Assembly: GCA_945901195.1 (NCBI GenBank)
Contig: CAMDKB010000001.1
Location: 1-59,370, forward strand
Length of the DNA: 59,370 bases
From: Rhizobium sp. Q54
GTDB taxonomy: Bacteria > Pseudomonadota > Alphaproteobacteria > Rhizobiales > Beijerinckiaceae
Direction of reading: 5' to 3'
Shown here: positions 28,915-37,414 of the stretch, in pieces
Layout: each line of letters opens with the position of its first letter
Position numbering within the stretch: position 1 is the first letter of the stretch
The notes under the pieces: generated by a model
The model's input: the letters and a program-made list of their open reading frames with translations, nothing else
The model's database searches: none
What the model was told of the DNA's origin: nothing
Program-made: the position numbers and the translations under genes

Positions 28915-30642
28915 TTAGGCCAGCACTGGCAGCAGCAAATATGAATCGTGTGTCCCGCCTGTGTGCAGGGTGTTCGTACCGTGGAACAATTCGGCGGGCC
29001 GGTCGCGCGGCTCGTCATGGGTGAACCAGGCGACCCCACGCATGGGGCCTGTTTCGCCCGCACGCTCGAAATCCTTGCCTTGAATGGTCAGCGTGAGTGT
29101 TGAGCCGGGCGGCAAGGCCAGCGCCATAGGCCAGATTTCCAGATCCACTTCATAGATTTCCCCCGGCTTTAGCGGCTGTCGCTCGTCGTGGGGGTAGTAG
29201 GGCAGATATTCCAGGGTTCTGGCTGGATCGAGCTTGCGTTGGGACACGCGGAGCCATCCTTGCGTGACCGGGGTTTTGGGTTCCGGCGCGCCGATGAAGG
29301 TCATTTCCTTGCCTGCAGCGTCGAAGGCGCAAATGGTCGCAAAAAGGTCCATATCGGCGGTGCTGGAGGAAACGTAGAGCCTCGCTTTGACCGGACCGAC
29401 GATTTCTGTTTCCTGCGCAAATACCGGCGTTGAAAACGTGATGCCTTCGCTGATGGCAGGATAGCTGGCGCTTGCTGCACTCCTTGGTTCTTCGGTCAGG
29501 ATCGTTTTTGCCGCAGCGTCGAGCGAGTATTTTGTGAATTTGGCTTCTGGTATGGGCCAGTCGCCGGCCTGCGCGGTGCGCTTGATCGTGTCGCCGGCCG
29601 CGCGGATCTGCACTTCGACCCGAGGCTCGCTTTCCCAGCCGTTTTGAATTTCTTTCAGGTAGCGATCGAAAAAGCGCTTCTGCAATGCGACGTTCTTGGG
29701 CTGCAGGAAGGTATGGAAATAGGAGCCTCCCTGAACCTTGAGCCATTTTTCTTTTGAGGCGAGTCCCATGAAGCCGCGAACGGTTCCGCGGGTGTGCAAG
29801 CCGAGGCCACCCCAGTTCGCAACAACGAGGGCAGGAACTTCTATCTTCGAAAGATCCGGCGTGCGGTCTTTATAAAAGTCATCGTTGAGGGGATGGGCCA
29901 GAACGTCTTCGAGATAATTGGAAGCATTGGCCTTGAGCTGCTCGTCGGTGAGGCTTTCCGGTCCGGTCACGCGTTCGCCCGTGTATATATCCGTGCAATT
30001 TGTTTTGGGATTGCCGTATTGGTTGCGTAATACGCTGGCGTTCCACCAGCGCTTCAGAAACCCGGCAGAATAGATGCCATCGAGGCGGGTGCGGTCACGA
30101 TAGAAATCGTATGTACCTTGCCACGGCAAAATAGCACTGAGATATTTTGGCTTCATGGCGGCGACAAACCATTGCGAGGCCGCGTAATAGGAAATGCCGA
30201 GCAGACCGACCTTGCCGTTGCTGAAGCCCTGTGCGCCCGCCCATTCGATGGCGTCAAAGAAATCACGAAATTCGCCGGATGAATTGGGATCGAGCTTGCC
30301 GGCTGATTTGCCAGCGCCGCGCGAATCGACGTTGATCAGGACATAACCATCAGGGATCCACATTTCCGGATCGGGCCGTTCGAATACGAGGTGCTTGCAA
30401 GAAGAAGCCGCCAGGACCTCAGGATAGGTCTCGTTGAGGCGGTCCCAGGCTTCCTGCATGAATTGTTTGAGCGGCACATCTTTTCCATAGGGGCCAAATG
30501 TCATCAGCACGGGGAACGTGCCCGGGGCTTCCGGGCGATAGACGTTTGCCCTGAGATTGGCGCCGTCCCGCATTGGGATGGCGACGTTGGTTTCCACGAG
30601 CATGGGATAGGGAGCCGGCATGGTTTCCTCTCGCATCGCCAT
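28915..30642 (-). CDS. CocE/NonD family hydrolase
   Basis: MRDG, PYGKD, DSRGAGKS, GISY nucleophile, GWLRVS.R C-terminal jelly-roll domain. Confidence 0.9.
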   Translation of the reverse strand: MAMREETMPAPYPMLVETNVAIPMRDGANLRANVYRPEAPGTFPVLMTFGPYGKDVPLKQFMQEAWDRLNETYPEVLAASSCKHLVFERPDPEMWIPDGYVLINVDSRGAGKSAGKLDPNSSGEFRDFFDAIEWAGAQGFSNGKVGLLGISYYAASQWFVAAMKPKYLSAILPWQGTYDFYRDRTRLDGIYSAGFLKRWWNASVLRNQYGNPKTNCTDIYTGERVTGPESLTDEQLKANASNYLEDVLAHPLNDDFYKDRTPDLSKIEVPALVVANWGGLGLHTRGTVRGFMGLASKEKWLKVQGGSYFHTFLQPKNVALQKRFFDRYLKEIQNGWESEPRVEVQIRAAGDTIKRTAQAGDWPIPEAKFTKYSLDAAAKTILTEEPRSAASASYPAISEGITFSTPVFAQETEIVGPVKARLYVSSSTADMDLFATICAFDAAGKEMTFIGAPEPKTPVTQGWLRVSQRKLDPARTLEYLPYYPHDERQPLKPGEIYEVDLEIWPMALALPPGSTLTLTIQGKDFERAGETGPMRGVAWFTHDEPRDRPAELFHGTNTLHTGGTHDSYLLLPVLA

Positions 30643-30808
30643 TGTGATTTGAAGTTGTGGCTGGCAATGTCATATTCAAGGGAAGTTTAGAACTTCGCCG
30701 TGCAGTGAATCAAGCAGACTTTGAACGGGAGCCGGTGTGTCTGAAGTTGTGGTTGATGGCGGCGGTCGAGCCTCTCAAGCGCTGTTGATCTGAAGATCAA
30801 CGGGCGAT

Positions 30809-31801
30809 ATGCGCGGCGATCTCGCTGCGCTTGAGATAGAGCATTCGCCAGCCCCACAAATTGTCGTTCTGCAAGCAAGTGGACCGGGAGCTCCAAATGC
30901 TGCAGAGGCCATTCGCGAACTTCTTGAGTCCTTGAATTCACGATCAGCATCGATCAAAGCGCGTATAATAATTATCGGTCAGTCCATCACGGCAAATATG
31001 CACCCGCTGCTTGTTGCCGCCTTGCGCGAGATTGCATCTGTTTTGTCAGGCGGTGCGCGCATAATATGTGATTGTCCTGCAACGGAAGAGCTTTCCAAGG
31101 ATCACGTTTCGCGAATGGCTGAATGGCTGAAAGCGGAATGGGGCTTGGCTGCGGCCGGGCCGGGGGCAGGAGAGATGTCCGCCCAGGAACTGACTTACTT
31201 CATAGTCAGCGGCGGACAACGTGCGCTGGCCTTGAGGCACATACTATCGACGGTGTCTGACCAGCAGCCTGCTTCCATTCTGGATATCGGGGCTGGTATC
31301 GGGTTTATGTCGTTTCTGACAGCGCTCCGCGGTAAAGCGCCGATGCACCATGCCGGGGTCGTGGACGTTGCGCGCAAGTACAAGACTCCGGCCGAACGTT
31401 TGTGGGCAGTGGCGTCGGAAATCGAGTTCGAATTTGAGTTGGCGAGCGCAGAAACCTACAGGCCCAGGCGCAGTTTTGAACCGGGGTTGATTTGCCAGCG
31501 CATATTCAGGTTTTCCGCCGGTCAGCATGCGGAGATTTTCAGACACCTTATGGAGGCCCTGACGCCCGGCGGTTTGCTGATCATCAATGAAATCGTGCGG
31601 AGCGACAGGGGTGCCGACGGGGATTGGGATGCGCTTTATCCGTCCTGCGTTCCCAAAAGCGAACTTCTGGAAAGTCTTGCGCCTCTGGGATTGGCGCAAC
31701 TTTATCTTCGCGACAGCGGCTGGAAAGTCGCAATCGATCCAGCTTCGGTTTCTGCCCGGCAATGGGCGTCCAACAGTCTTCTTGTGTTGCGCCGTTCCTG
31801 A
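30809..31801 (+). CDS. Hypothetical protein with class I SAM-dependent methyltransferase domain
   Basis: ILDIGAGIG motif I and LTPGGLLIINE; N-terminal half unrecognised; start uncertain. Confidence 0.6.
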   Translation: MRGDLAALEIEHSPAPQIVVLQASGPGAPNAAEAIRELLESLNSRSASIKARIIIIGQSITANMHPLLVAALREIASVLSGGARIICDCPATEELSKDHVSRMAEWLKAEWGLAAAGPGAGEMSAQELTYFIVSGGQRALALRHILSTVSDQQPASILDIGAGIGFMSFLTALRGKAPMHHAGVVDVARKYKTPAERLWAVASEIEFEFELASAETYRPRRSFEPGLICQRIFRFSAGQHAEIFRHLMEALTPGGLLIINEIVRSDRGADGDWDALYPSCVPKSELLESLAPLGLAQLYLRDSGWKVAIDPASVSARQWASNSLLVLRRS

Positions 31802-31803
31802 AG

Positions 31804-32748
31804 TCAGCCTTGCAAGCGGGGAAACAGCTTCAGCGCATTGCCCCGCACAACAGCCGCTGCATCGGCTCCTTCCAGCTTCAGTTCCGAGATACCTTTGACG
31901 GCGGTTTCCGGCGCCCAGAACGGGAAATCGCTGCCGAACAGAAGCTGCGAAGTTCCCACAACATCACGCACTGATTCAAAGCAGGACCGGCTATATACGC
32001 CGACCACATCGAGATAGAGTTTGCGAAACAGCGGCATCACACCATCAGGCAATTTCTCCGCCAGATCCTTGCGGTTTTCGACGAGGCCGACGATGCGTCC
32101 AGCAAGCATCGGCAATGCGCCGCCGCCATGAGAGAAAATAAATTTTATGTCAGGGCAACGGATCAGGGTTCCACTAAAGAGCAGGCTGACTATCGCGCGG
32201 GTGGTATCAAATGGAAATTCGATCGTTGGCGAGGGAACGCCGGGGATCACGCCTTCCAGGAAGCTCGCGGCAGTGGGGTGAAAGTAAACCACTGCCTTGC
32301 GGCGATTGAGTTCGTCGAAGACCGGCGCGAATTGAGGATCGCCGGGCCACATGTCGTTGGCGTTGGACATAAGCGCGATGCCATCGGCCTTGAGGACATC
32401 AAAAGCATAGTCGATCTCGCGCAAGCTGCCTTCTACATCTGGCAGAGGCAACATCGCGAAGGAGCCAAAGCGACCGGGAAAATCGCGCATCATATTGGCG
32501 GCAAATTCATTACACTCGCGCGAGAGGGTACGCGCGGCGGCATCGTTGCCAAACCAGACACCCGGCGAAGATACCGATAGAATGGATGTCGCGATCCCGT
32601 TTCTGTCCATGGCGTCAACCGCTTGTTGCGGTGTCCAGGCCAGGACCTTTGGAAAGAGTGCGTGCGTAGTGATTTTCAGCCGCGCTTCTTCGGTTTTCAC
32701 ATAATAGGGCGGATAAATGTGATGATGGGTGTCTATGTAATTTGACAT
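31804..32748 (-). CDS. Amidohydrolase_2 family protein (aromatic/heteroaromatic acid decarboxylase-like)
   Basis: DTHHH, YFHP, FPFDTTRA, SHGGG, FGSDFPF. Confidence 0.85.
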   Translation of the reverse strand: MSNYIDTHHHIYPPYYVKTEEARLKITTHALFPKVLAWTPQQAVDAMDRNGIATSILSVSSPGVWFGNDAAARTLSRECNEFAANMMRDFPGRFGSFAMLPLPDVEGSLREIDYAFDVLKADGIALMSNANDMWPGDPQFAPVFDELNRRKAVVYFHPTAASFLEGVIPGVPSPTIEFPFDTTRAIVSLLFSGTLIRCPDIKFIFSHGGGALPMLAGRIVGLVENRKDLAEKLPDGVMPLFRKLYLDVVGVYSRSCFESVRDVVGTSQLLFGSDFPFWAPETAVKGISELKLEGADAAAVVRGNALKLFPRLQG

Positions 32749-32758
32749 GTTTTTTTGT

Positions 32759-33721
32759 TTATTCCGGTTGAATGTTTGCGGCCTTGATCTGTCGGCCCTG
32801 ATTGGCGAGATCGTCGGCTAGAAATTTTGCGAACTCAGATGGCTGCGTTTTGATGCGCTCAATTGTGTTGGACTCAAAAAGCTTGCGGCCATCAGCGGAG
32901 TCCAGTGTTTTGTCGACATCTGCACGTATTTTTTCAACCAAAGCTGCTGGAAGCTTTGCCGGTGCGAATATCCCCCACCAGCTTCCCGTGGAAAAGCCGG
33001 GAACCGCAGATTCTGAAATCGTCGGAATATCCGGGCGCATGGATGCGCGTTGCGGGCCTGCTGCCGCGAGTATCCTGATTTTGCCAGATTTCACGTGTTC
33101 ATCGAGGTTTCCCATGTTGACGATCAACATAGTGATTTCGCCGCGCAACAGGGCAGAGGCGGCAACTGAAGCCCCCTTATAGGCAATATGTTGCATTTGA
33201 GTGCCGGTGCGCTGTTTGAAATCTTCCATGGATATATGAGGATATGTGCCAATGCCCATTGAGCCATAATTAAGCGTATCGGGTTTTGATTTCGCGAGCG
33301 CGATATATTCCTGCACAGTTTTGACCGGCAAGGAATCCAGCACGTGCATCATGGGCGTGATCTGCCCCAAAAACGCGATCACCATCAGATCCTTCATGGG
33401 ATCATAGTGCATCTGCTTTTGCAGATGCGGTGCAGCGGTAATAGGTGAACTGCCGGTCACCAGCATCGTATATCCGTCAGGCGGGGATTTTGCGACCGCG
33501 CCGGTGCCGATCATTTCCGCGCCGCCTGCACGGTTTTCAACGATTACGGTCTGCCCCCACATCTGGGTGAGCCCGTTTGCTATGACCCTGGCCAGGATGT
33601 CTGTCACACCGCCGGGCGTCGTCGGCACGATGATCTTGACGCTCCGATCGGGATATTGCCCCTGCGCGAACGCTGCACCCGTGCATGCAAGCCATATGAT
33701 GCTGGCGAACAACCTCCGCAT
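32759..33721 (-). CDS. Bug/TctC receptor
   Basis: Signal peptide, YPDRSVKIIVP, GGVTD..AR, ENRAG, PDGYT, YKG. Confidence 0.88.
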   Translation of the reverse strand: MRRLFASIIWLACTGAAFAQGQYPDRSVKIIVPTTPGGVTDILARVIANGLTQMWGQTVIVENRAGGAEMIGTGAVAKSPPDGYTMLVTGSSPITAAPHLQKQMHYDPMKDLMVIAFLGQITPMMHVLDSLPVKTVQEYIALAKSKPDTLNYGSMGIGTYPHISMEDFKQRTGTQMQHIAYKGASVAASALLRGEITMLIVNMGNLDEHVKSGKIRILAAAGPQRASMRPDIPTISESAVPGFSTGSWWGIFAPAKLPAALVEKIRADVDKTLDSADGRKLFESNTIERIKTQPSEFAKFLADDLANQGRQIKAANIQPE

Positions 33722-33897
33722 ATGCGCTCTCCCTCTGGTCAATTTTTCGCATGTCCGGAACAGCCCGGTAATTTCCGCGATGATTGCACTTGCGAGAGCT
33801 CGCGGCAATACGCCTGCCTATGGCTTGCCCATCTCAGGCGGTCGTGGTGATATCAGGTCCAAGAGCCCAAACGGGCAGCTTATTTGAGGATGCGCCA

Positions 33898-34881
33898 ATG
33901 TCGATCTTTCGAAAGTCAGGTTCGTTTGCAGGAGCCGTTACCTTGGCTGTCTTGATAGCCAGTGGATCTGCGGCTCAAGAGTGGCCACCTCGGCAGACAA
34001 ATTTTGTTATCGGCTTTGGGGCAGGGTCCGCCGCCGATCTGCTCGCGCGGGTTGTGGCAGAAGCCATGCAGAAAAAACACGGGCGGCCATTCATCGTGGA
34101 AAACAAGGCGGGCGCTGGTGGCAATATCAGTGTCGACGCTGTGGTCAAGGGGCCTTTTGATGGAAGCGTGCTGCTGGTGTCGGGATTTGCACCGATCATC
34201 GTCAATCCACTGATAATGCCAGGCGTGAAATTCGATCCCGTTGCTCAACTTGTGCCACTGACCATCATGGGCACGACTCCCAGCGTTGTCGTGTCGAGCA
34301 AAAAGCTCGGCGTAAAGAGCATGAGAGAGTTCCGCGAGCTGTTGAAAAAGAACCCGGAGAAATATTCATATTCAACCGTTGGCCCGGGCACGATTGGACA
34401 TTTGTCCATGGAGATGCTGGCCGATCAGTCTGGCTCGAAAATGGTGCATGTGCCATTTCGCGGAACGCCTGAAGCCCTGAGCGCTGTCGTGCGCGGGGAT
34501 GTGGATGTTGCTACGATTGCTCTGGGCAGCATTGCGTCACAACTGGAGTCTGGCGAAGTGATCCCGCTCGCGATTACGTCGGCGAAGCGCTGGCCGGGCT
34601 TCCCCGACATTCCCACTGTTGCAGAGGCGGGGACGCCTGACATGCCCGTCGATGCATGGATGGGCGTGTTTGCACCCACGGGAGTTCCCAAGCCGATCCT
34701 TGATAAGATCGCGGCGGAATTGAGAGCTGTTATTGCACAGCCCGAAGTTCGGGATCGCATAATAAAGGTGTTTTACAATCCCTCGGGTGTTTCGCAGGAA
34801 GAGTTTGGCAAGATTCTGCAGTCAGACCGGGACATATTGACGGCTGTTATCCGGAAGCTCGATCTGCAGATCAAAAATTGA
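33898..34881 (+). CDS. Bug/TctC receptor
   Basis: GAGGA RBS, signal peptide, ENKAGAGG, HVPFRG, PDIPTVAEAG. Confidence 0.88.
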   Translation: MSIFRKSGSFAGAVTLAVLIASGSAAQEWPPRQTNFVIGFGAGSAADLLARVVAEAMQKKHGRPFIVENKAGAGGNISVDAVVKGPFDGSVLLVSGFAPIIVNPLIMPGVKFDPVAQLVPLTIMGTTPSVVVSSKKLGVKSMREFRELLKKNPEKYSYSTVGPGTIGHLSMEMLADQSGSKMVHVPFRGTPEALSAVVRGDVDVATIALGSIASQLESGEVIPLAITSAKRWPGFPDIPTVAEAGTPDMPVDAWMGVFAPTGVPKPILDKIAAELRAVIAQPEVRDRIIKVFYNPSGVSQEEFGKILQSDRDILTAVIRKLDLQIKN

Positions 34882-34961
34882 GTGCTGTGGACTTTTGTCT
34901 GAAGTGGCGTACTCCCAGTCCTGGACGGCCCCGAGCCGCCAGGCCCTCGGAGCCGTGAGAT

Positions 34962-35675
34962 TTGCCAGTGCATGATCAGGAACGCTGGAAAAGCAGCAAA
35001 GTCATCCGCAATGTAGCAGGCCATGTACGTATGTTAACCTGCGTTATTTCGGGTATCGTTGTCTCATTGGTGTTTGCCAGGCTTGGTTGGCCCGCCCCCT
35101 CACTGGCTGGCTGGAACCTGGGCGTTCTTTTCTATCTTGCGATCACTGCGTATATGATGAGGCGTGCAACCGAGCACTCCATCCGTGCCAGAGCGGCGAT
35201 GATTGATGAGAGCCGCTCCCTGGTGCTGCTTCTGGTCATTATCGCAGTTGGAGCTTCTTTCGCCGCTATTTTTCTGGAACTGAGAGGGCTCGCTTCTCTC
35301 AAGTGGGAGCAGCAATTATTACGCGCTGGTACGGCAGTCCTCACGATCGTTACCAGCTGGACGCTCATCCATGCCGTTTTCGCCCAACATTACGCGCATG
35401 AATTCTTAATCGAGCGGGATGGGAGCACGGCATCAAGCCGGGCGGAAGGCGGCGGGTTGCGGTTTCCCGGTGTATCTGGCCCTGACTATTTCGACTTTCT
35501 CTACTTTTCGTTTGTGATCGGCGTCGCTTCGCAGACCGCCGATGTCGAGATCACATCCCAGGCGATGCGGCGGCTGAATCTACTGCATTGTGTTCTGACT
35601 TTCTTCTTCAATACGACGATTCTGGCGCTTACCATCAATATCGGCGCTTCGCTCATTCTGGGAAGCGGAAACTAG
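34962..35675 (+). CDS. DUF1345 family membrane protein
   Basis: SW..IH.VFA.HYAH, FPG...PDYFDFLYFSFVIG, QTADV, FFFNTTILAL; start uncertain. Confidence 0.85.
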   Translation: MPVHDQERWKSSKVIRNVAGHVRMLTCVISGIVVSLVFARLGWPAPSLAGWNLGVLFYLAITAYMMRRATEHSIRARAAMIDESRSLVLLLVIIAVGASFAAIFLELRGLASLKWEQQLLRAGTAVLTIVTSWTLIHAVFAQHYAHEFLIERDGSTASSRAEGGGLRFPGVSGPDYFDFLYFSFVIGVASQTADVEITSQAMRRLNLLHCVLTFFFNTTILALTINIGASLILGSGN

Positions 35676-35693
35676 GCATTAACAAGATCGTTC

Positions 35694-35713
35694 ACATAAA
35701 CTTATCTTTATAT
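35694..35713. promoter_or_regulatory. Imperfect 20-bp palindrome, putative SahR operator
   Basis: ACATAAAC-TTAT-CTTTATAT about 90 bp upstream of ahcY; resembles my recollection of the alphaproteobacterial SahR motif. Confidence 0.55.
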
Positions 35714-35803
35714 CGTTATTGCATCTTGTCGCTGGCGCTGTTATAGAGCACCCGGCTTAAAAGCTGGCCCTACCGGCCACTCCAGAACTTCACCGGAAAA
35801 ATC

Positions 35804-37210
35804 ATGACCGTTAAAGACCACGATTACGCCGTCGCAGACATGTCGCTTGCCGAGTTTGGCCGCAAGGAACTTGATATCGCCGAAACCGAAATGCCGGGGC
35901 TTATGGCTACCCGCGCCGAATACGGCCCGAAGCAGGTGCTGAAGGGCGCGCGCATCGCCGGTTCGTTGCACATGACGATTCAAACTGGCGTGCTGATTGA
36001 AACGCTAAAGGCGCTGGGTGCAGATGTGCGCTGGGCGTCCTGCAATATTTATTCGACGCAGGACCATGCCGCTGCCGCAATCGTGGCTGCCGGTACGCCC
36101 GTTTTCGCAACCAAGGGTGAAAGCCTGCAGGATTATTGGGAATATACCCACAAGATCTTCGAATGGGCCGATGGCGGGACCCCCAACATGATCCTTGATG
36201 ACGGCGGCGACGCCACCTCATTGATCCACCTGGGCAAGCGCGCCGAAGGCGGCGATGTCGCATTCCTCGACAAGCCCGGCAATGAAGAAGAAGAAGTGCT
36301 TTTCGCGGCCATCAAGTCACGCCTCAAGACCCATCCCGGCTGGTACACAAAGAATGCCAACGCCATCAAGGGCGTGTCGGAAGAGACGACCACTGGCGTG
36401 CATCGTCTCTACAACATGCAGAAGGACGGCTCGCTCCTTTGGCCTGCCATCAACGTCAATGATTCCGTCACCAAGTCGAAGTTCGACAACCTCTATGGCT
36501 GCAAGGAATCGCTGGTCGACGGCATCCGCCGCGGCACAGACGTCATGATGGCCGGCAAGGTCGCCATGGTTGCCGGCTTCGGCGACGTAGGCAAGGGTTC
36601 GGCCGCTTCGCTGCGCAATGCAGGCTGCCGCGTGCTGGTTTCCGAAATCGATCCGATCTGCGCTTTGCAGGCGGCGATGGAAGGCTATGAAGTCGTGACC
36701 ATGGAAGATGCAGCGCCCCGCGCAGACATTTTCTGCACCGCGACAGGCAATGTGGACGTCATCACTGTCGATCACATGCGCAAGATGAAAGACCGCGCCA
36801 TCGTGTGCAACATCGGGCATTTCGATTCAGAAATTCAGGTTGCTGGTCTGAAAAACCTGAAGTGGAACAACATCAAGCCGCAGGTTGACGAGATCGCGTT
36901 CCCCGATGGCCATCGCATCATCCTGCTGTCCGAAGGACGCCTTGTGAACCTTGGCAATGCCACGGGCCACCCGTCGTTTGTTATGTCGGCTTCCTTCACC
37001 AACCAGACACTCGCCCAGATTGAACTCTGGACGAAGCCCGGCCATTACAAGAAGGAAGTCTACACGCTGCCCAAGCACCTCGACGAAAAAGTCGCGGCGC
37101 TGCATCTCGACAAGATCGGCGTGAAGCTCACAACGCTGACCGATCATCAGGCAACCTATCTCGGCTTGCCGAAGCAAGGCCCTTACAAGCCGGAAACTTA
37201 CCGGTATTGA
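35804..37210 (+). CDS. ahcY: Adenosylhomocysteinase
   Basis: [47 protein letters not shown]. Confidence 0.98.
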   Translation: MTVKDHDYAVADMSLAEFGRKELDIAETEMPGLMATRAEYGPKQVLKGARIAGSLHMTIQTGVLIETLKALGADVRWASCNIYSTQDHAAAAIVAAGTPVFATKGESLQDYWEYTHKIFEWADGGTPNMILDDGGDATSLIHLGKRAEGGDVAFLDKPGNEEEEVLFAAIKSRLKTHPGWYTKNANAIKGVSEETTTGVHRLYNMQKDGSLLWPAINVNDSVTKSKFDNLYGCKESLVDGIRRGTDVMMAGKVAMVAGFGDVGKGSAASLRNAGCRVLVSEIDPICALQAAMEGYEVVTMEDAAPRADIFCTATGNVDVITVDHMRKMKDRAIVCNIGHFDSEIQVAGLKNLKWNNIKPQVDEIAFPDGHRIILLSEGRLVNLGNATGHPSFVMSASFTNQTLAQIELWTKPGHYKKEVYTLPKHLDEKVAALHLDKIGVKLTTLTDHQATYLGLPKQGPYKPETYRY

Positions 37211-37266
37211 TTTTCACTTAGTGGCTTGTTGATTGGCTAGCCACTAGATAAGGTATGAAAGACATG

Positions 37267-37300
37267 CGCCTCCGGTCCTTAATTGAATCGGAGGCGTTTT
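37267..37300 (+). terminator. Probable rho-independent terminator after ahcY
   Basis: CGCCTCCG/CGGAGGCG stem followed by TTTT. Confidence 0.6.
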
Positions 37301-37414
37301 AATTGATTAACTACTTTCTCAGCCCTGCCGGGTGACTATACAGTGAGCTGATTCGCATCGCGGAGGCCACGCCGCAGTTGCGAACACATAACGTTTTGAG
37401 ACGGGATCCAAAGC

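Noticed and set aside
35714-35803. SAH or SAM riboswitch before ahcY
   Set aside because: No recognisable consensus; short leader; the palindromic operator is a simpler explanation
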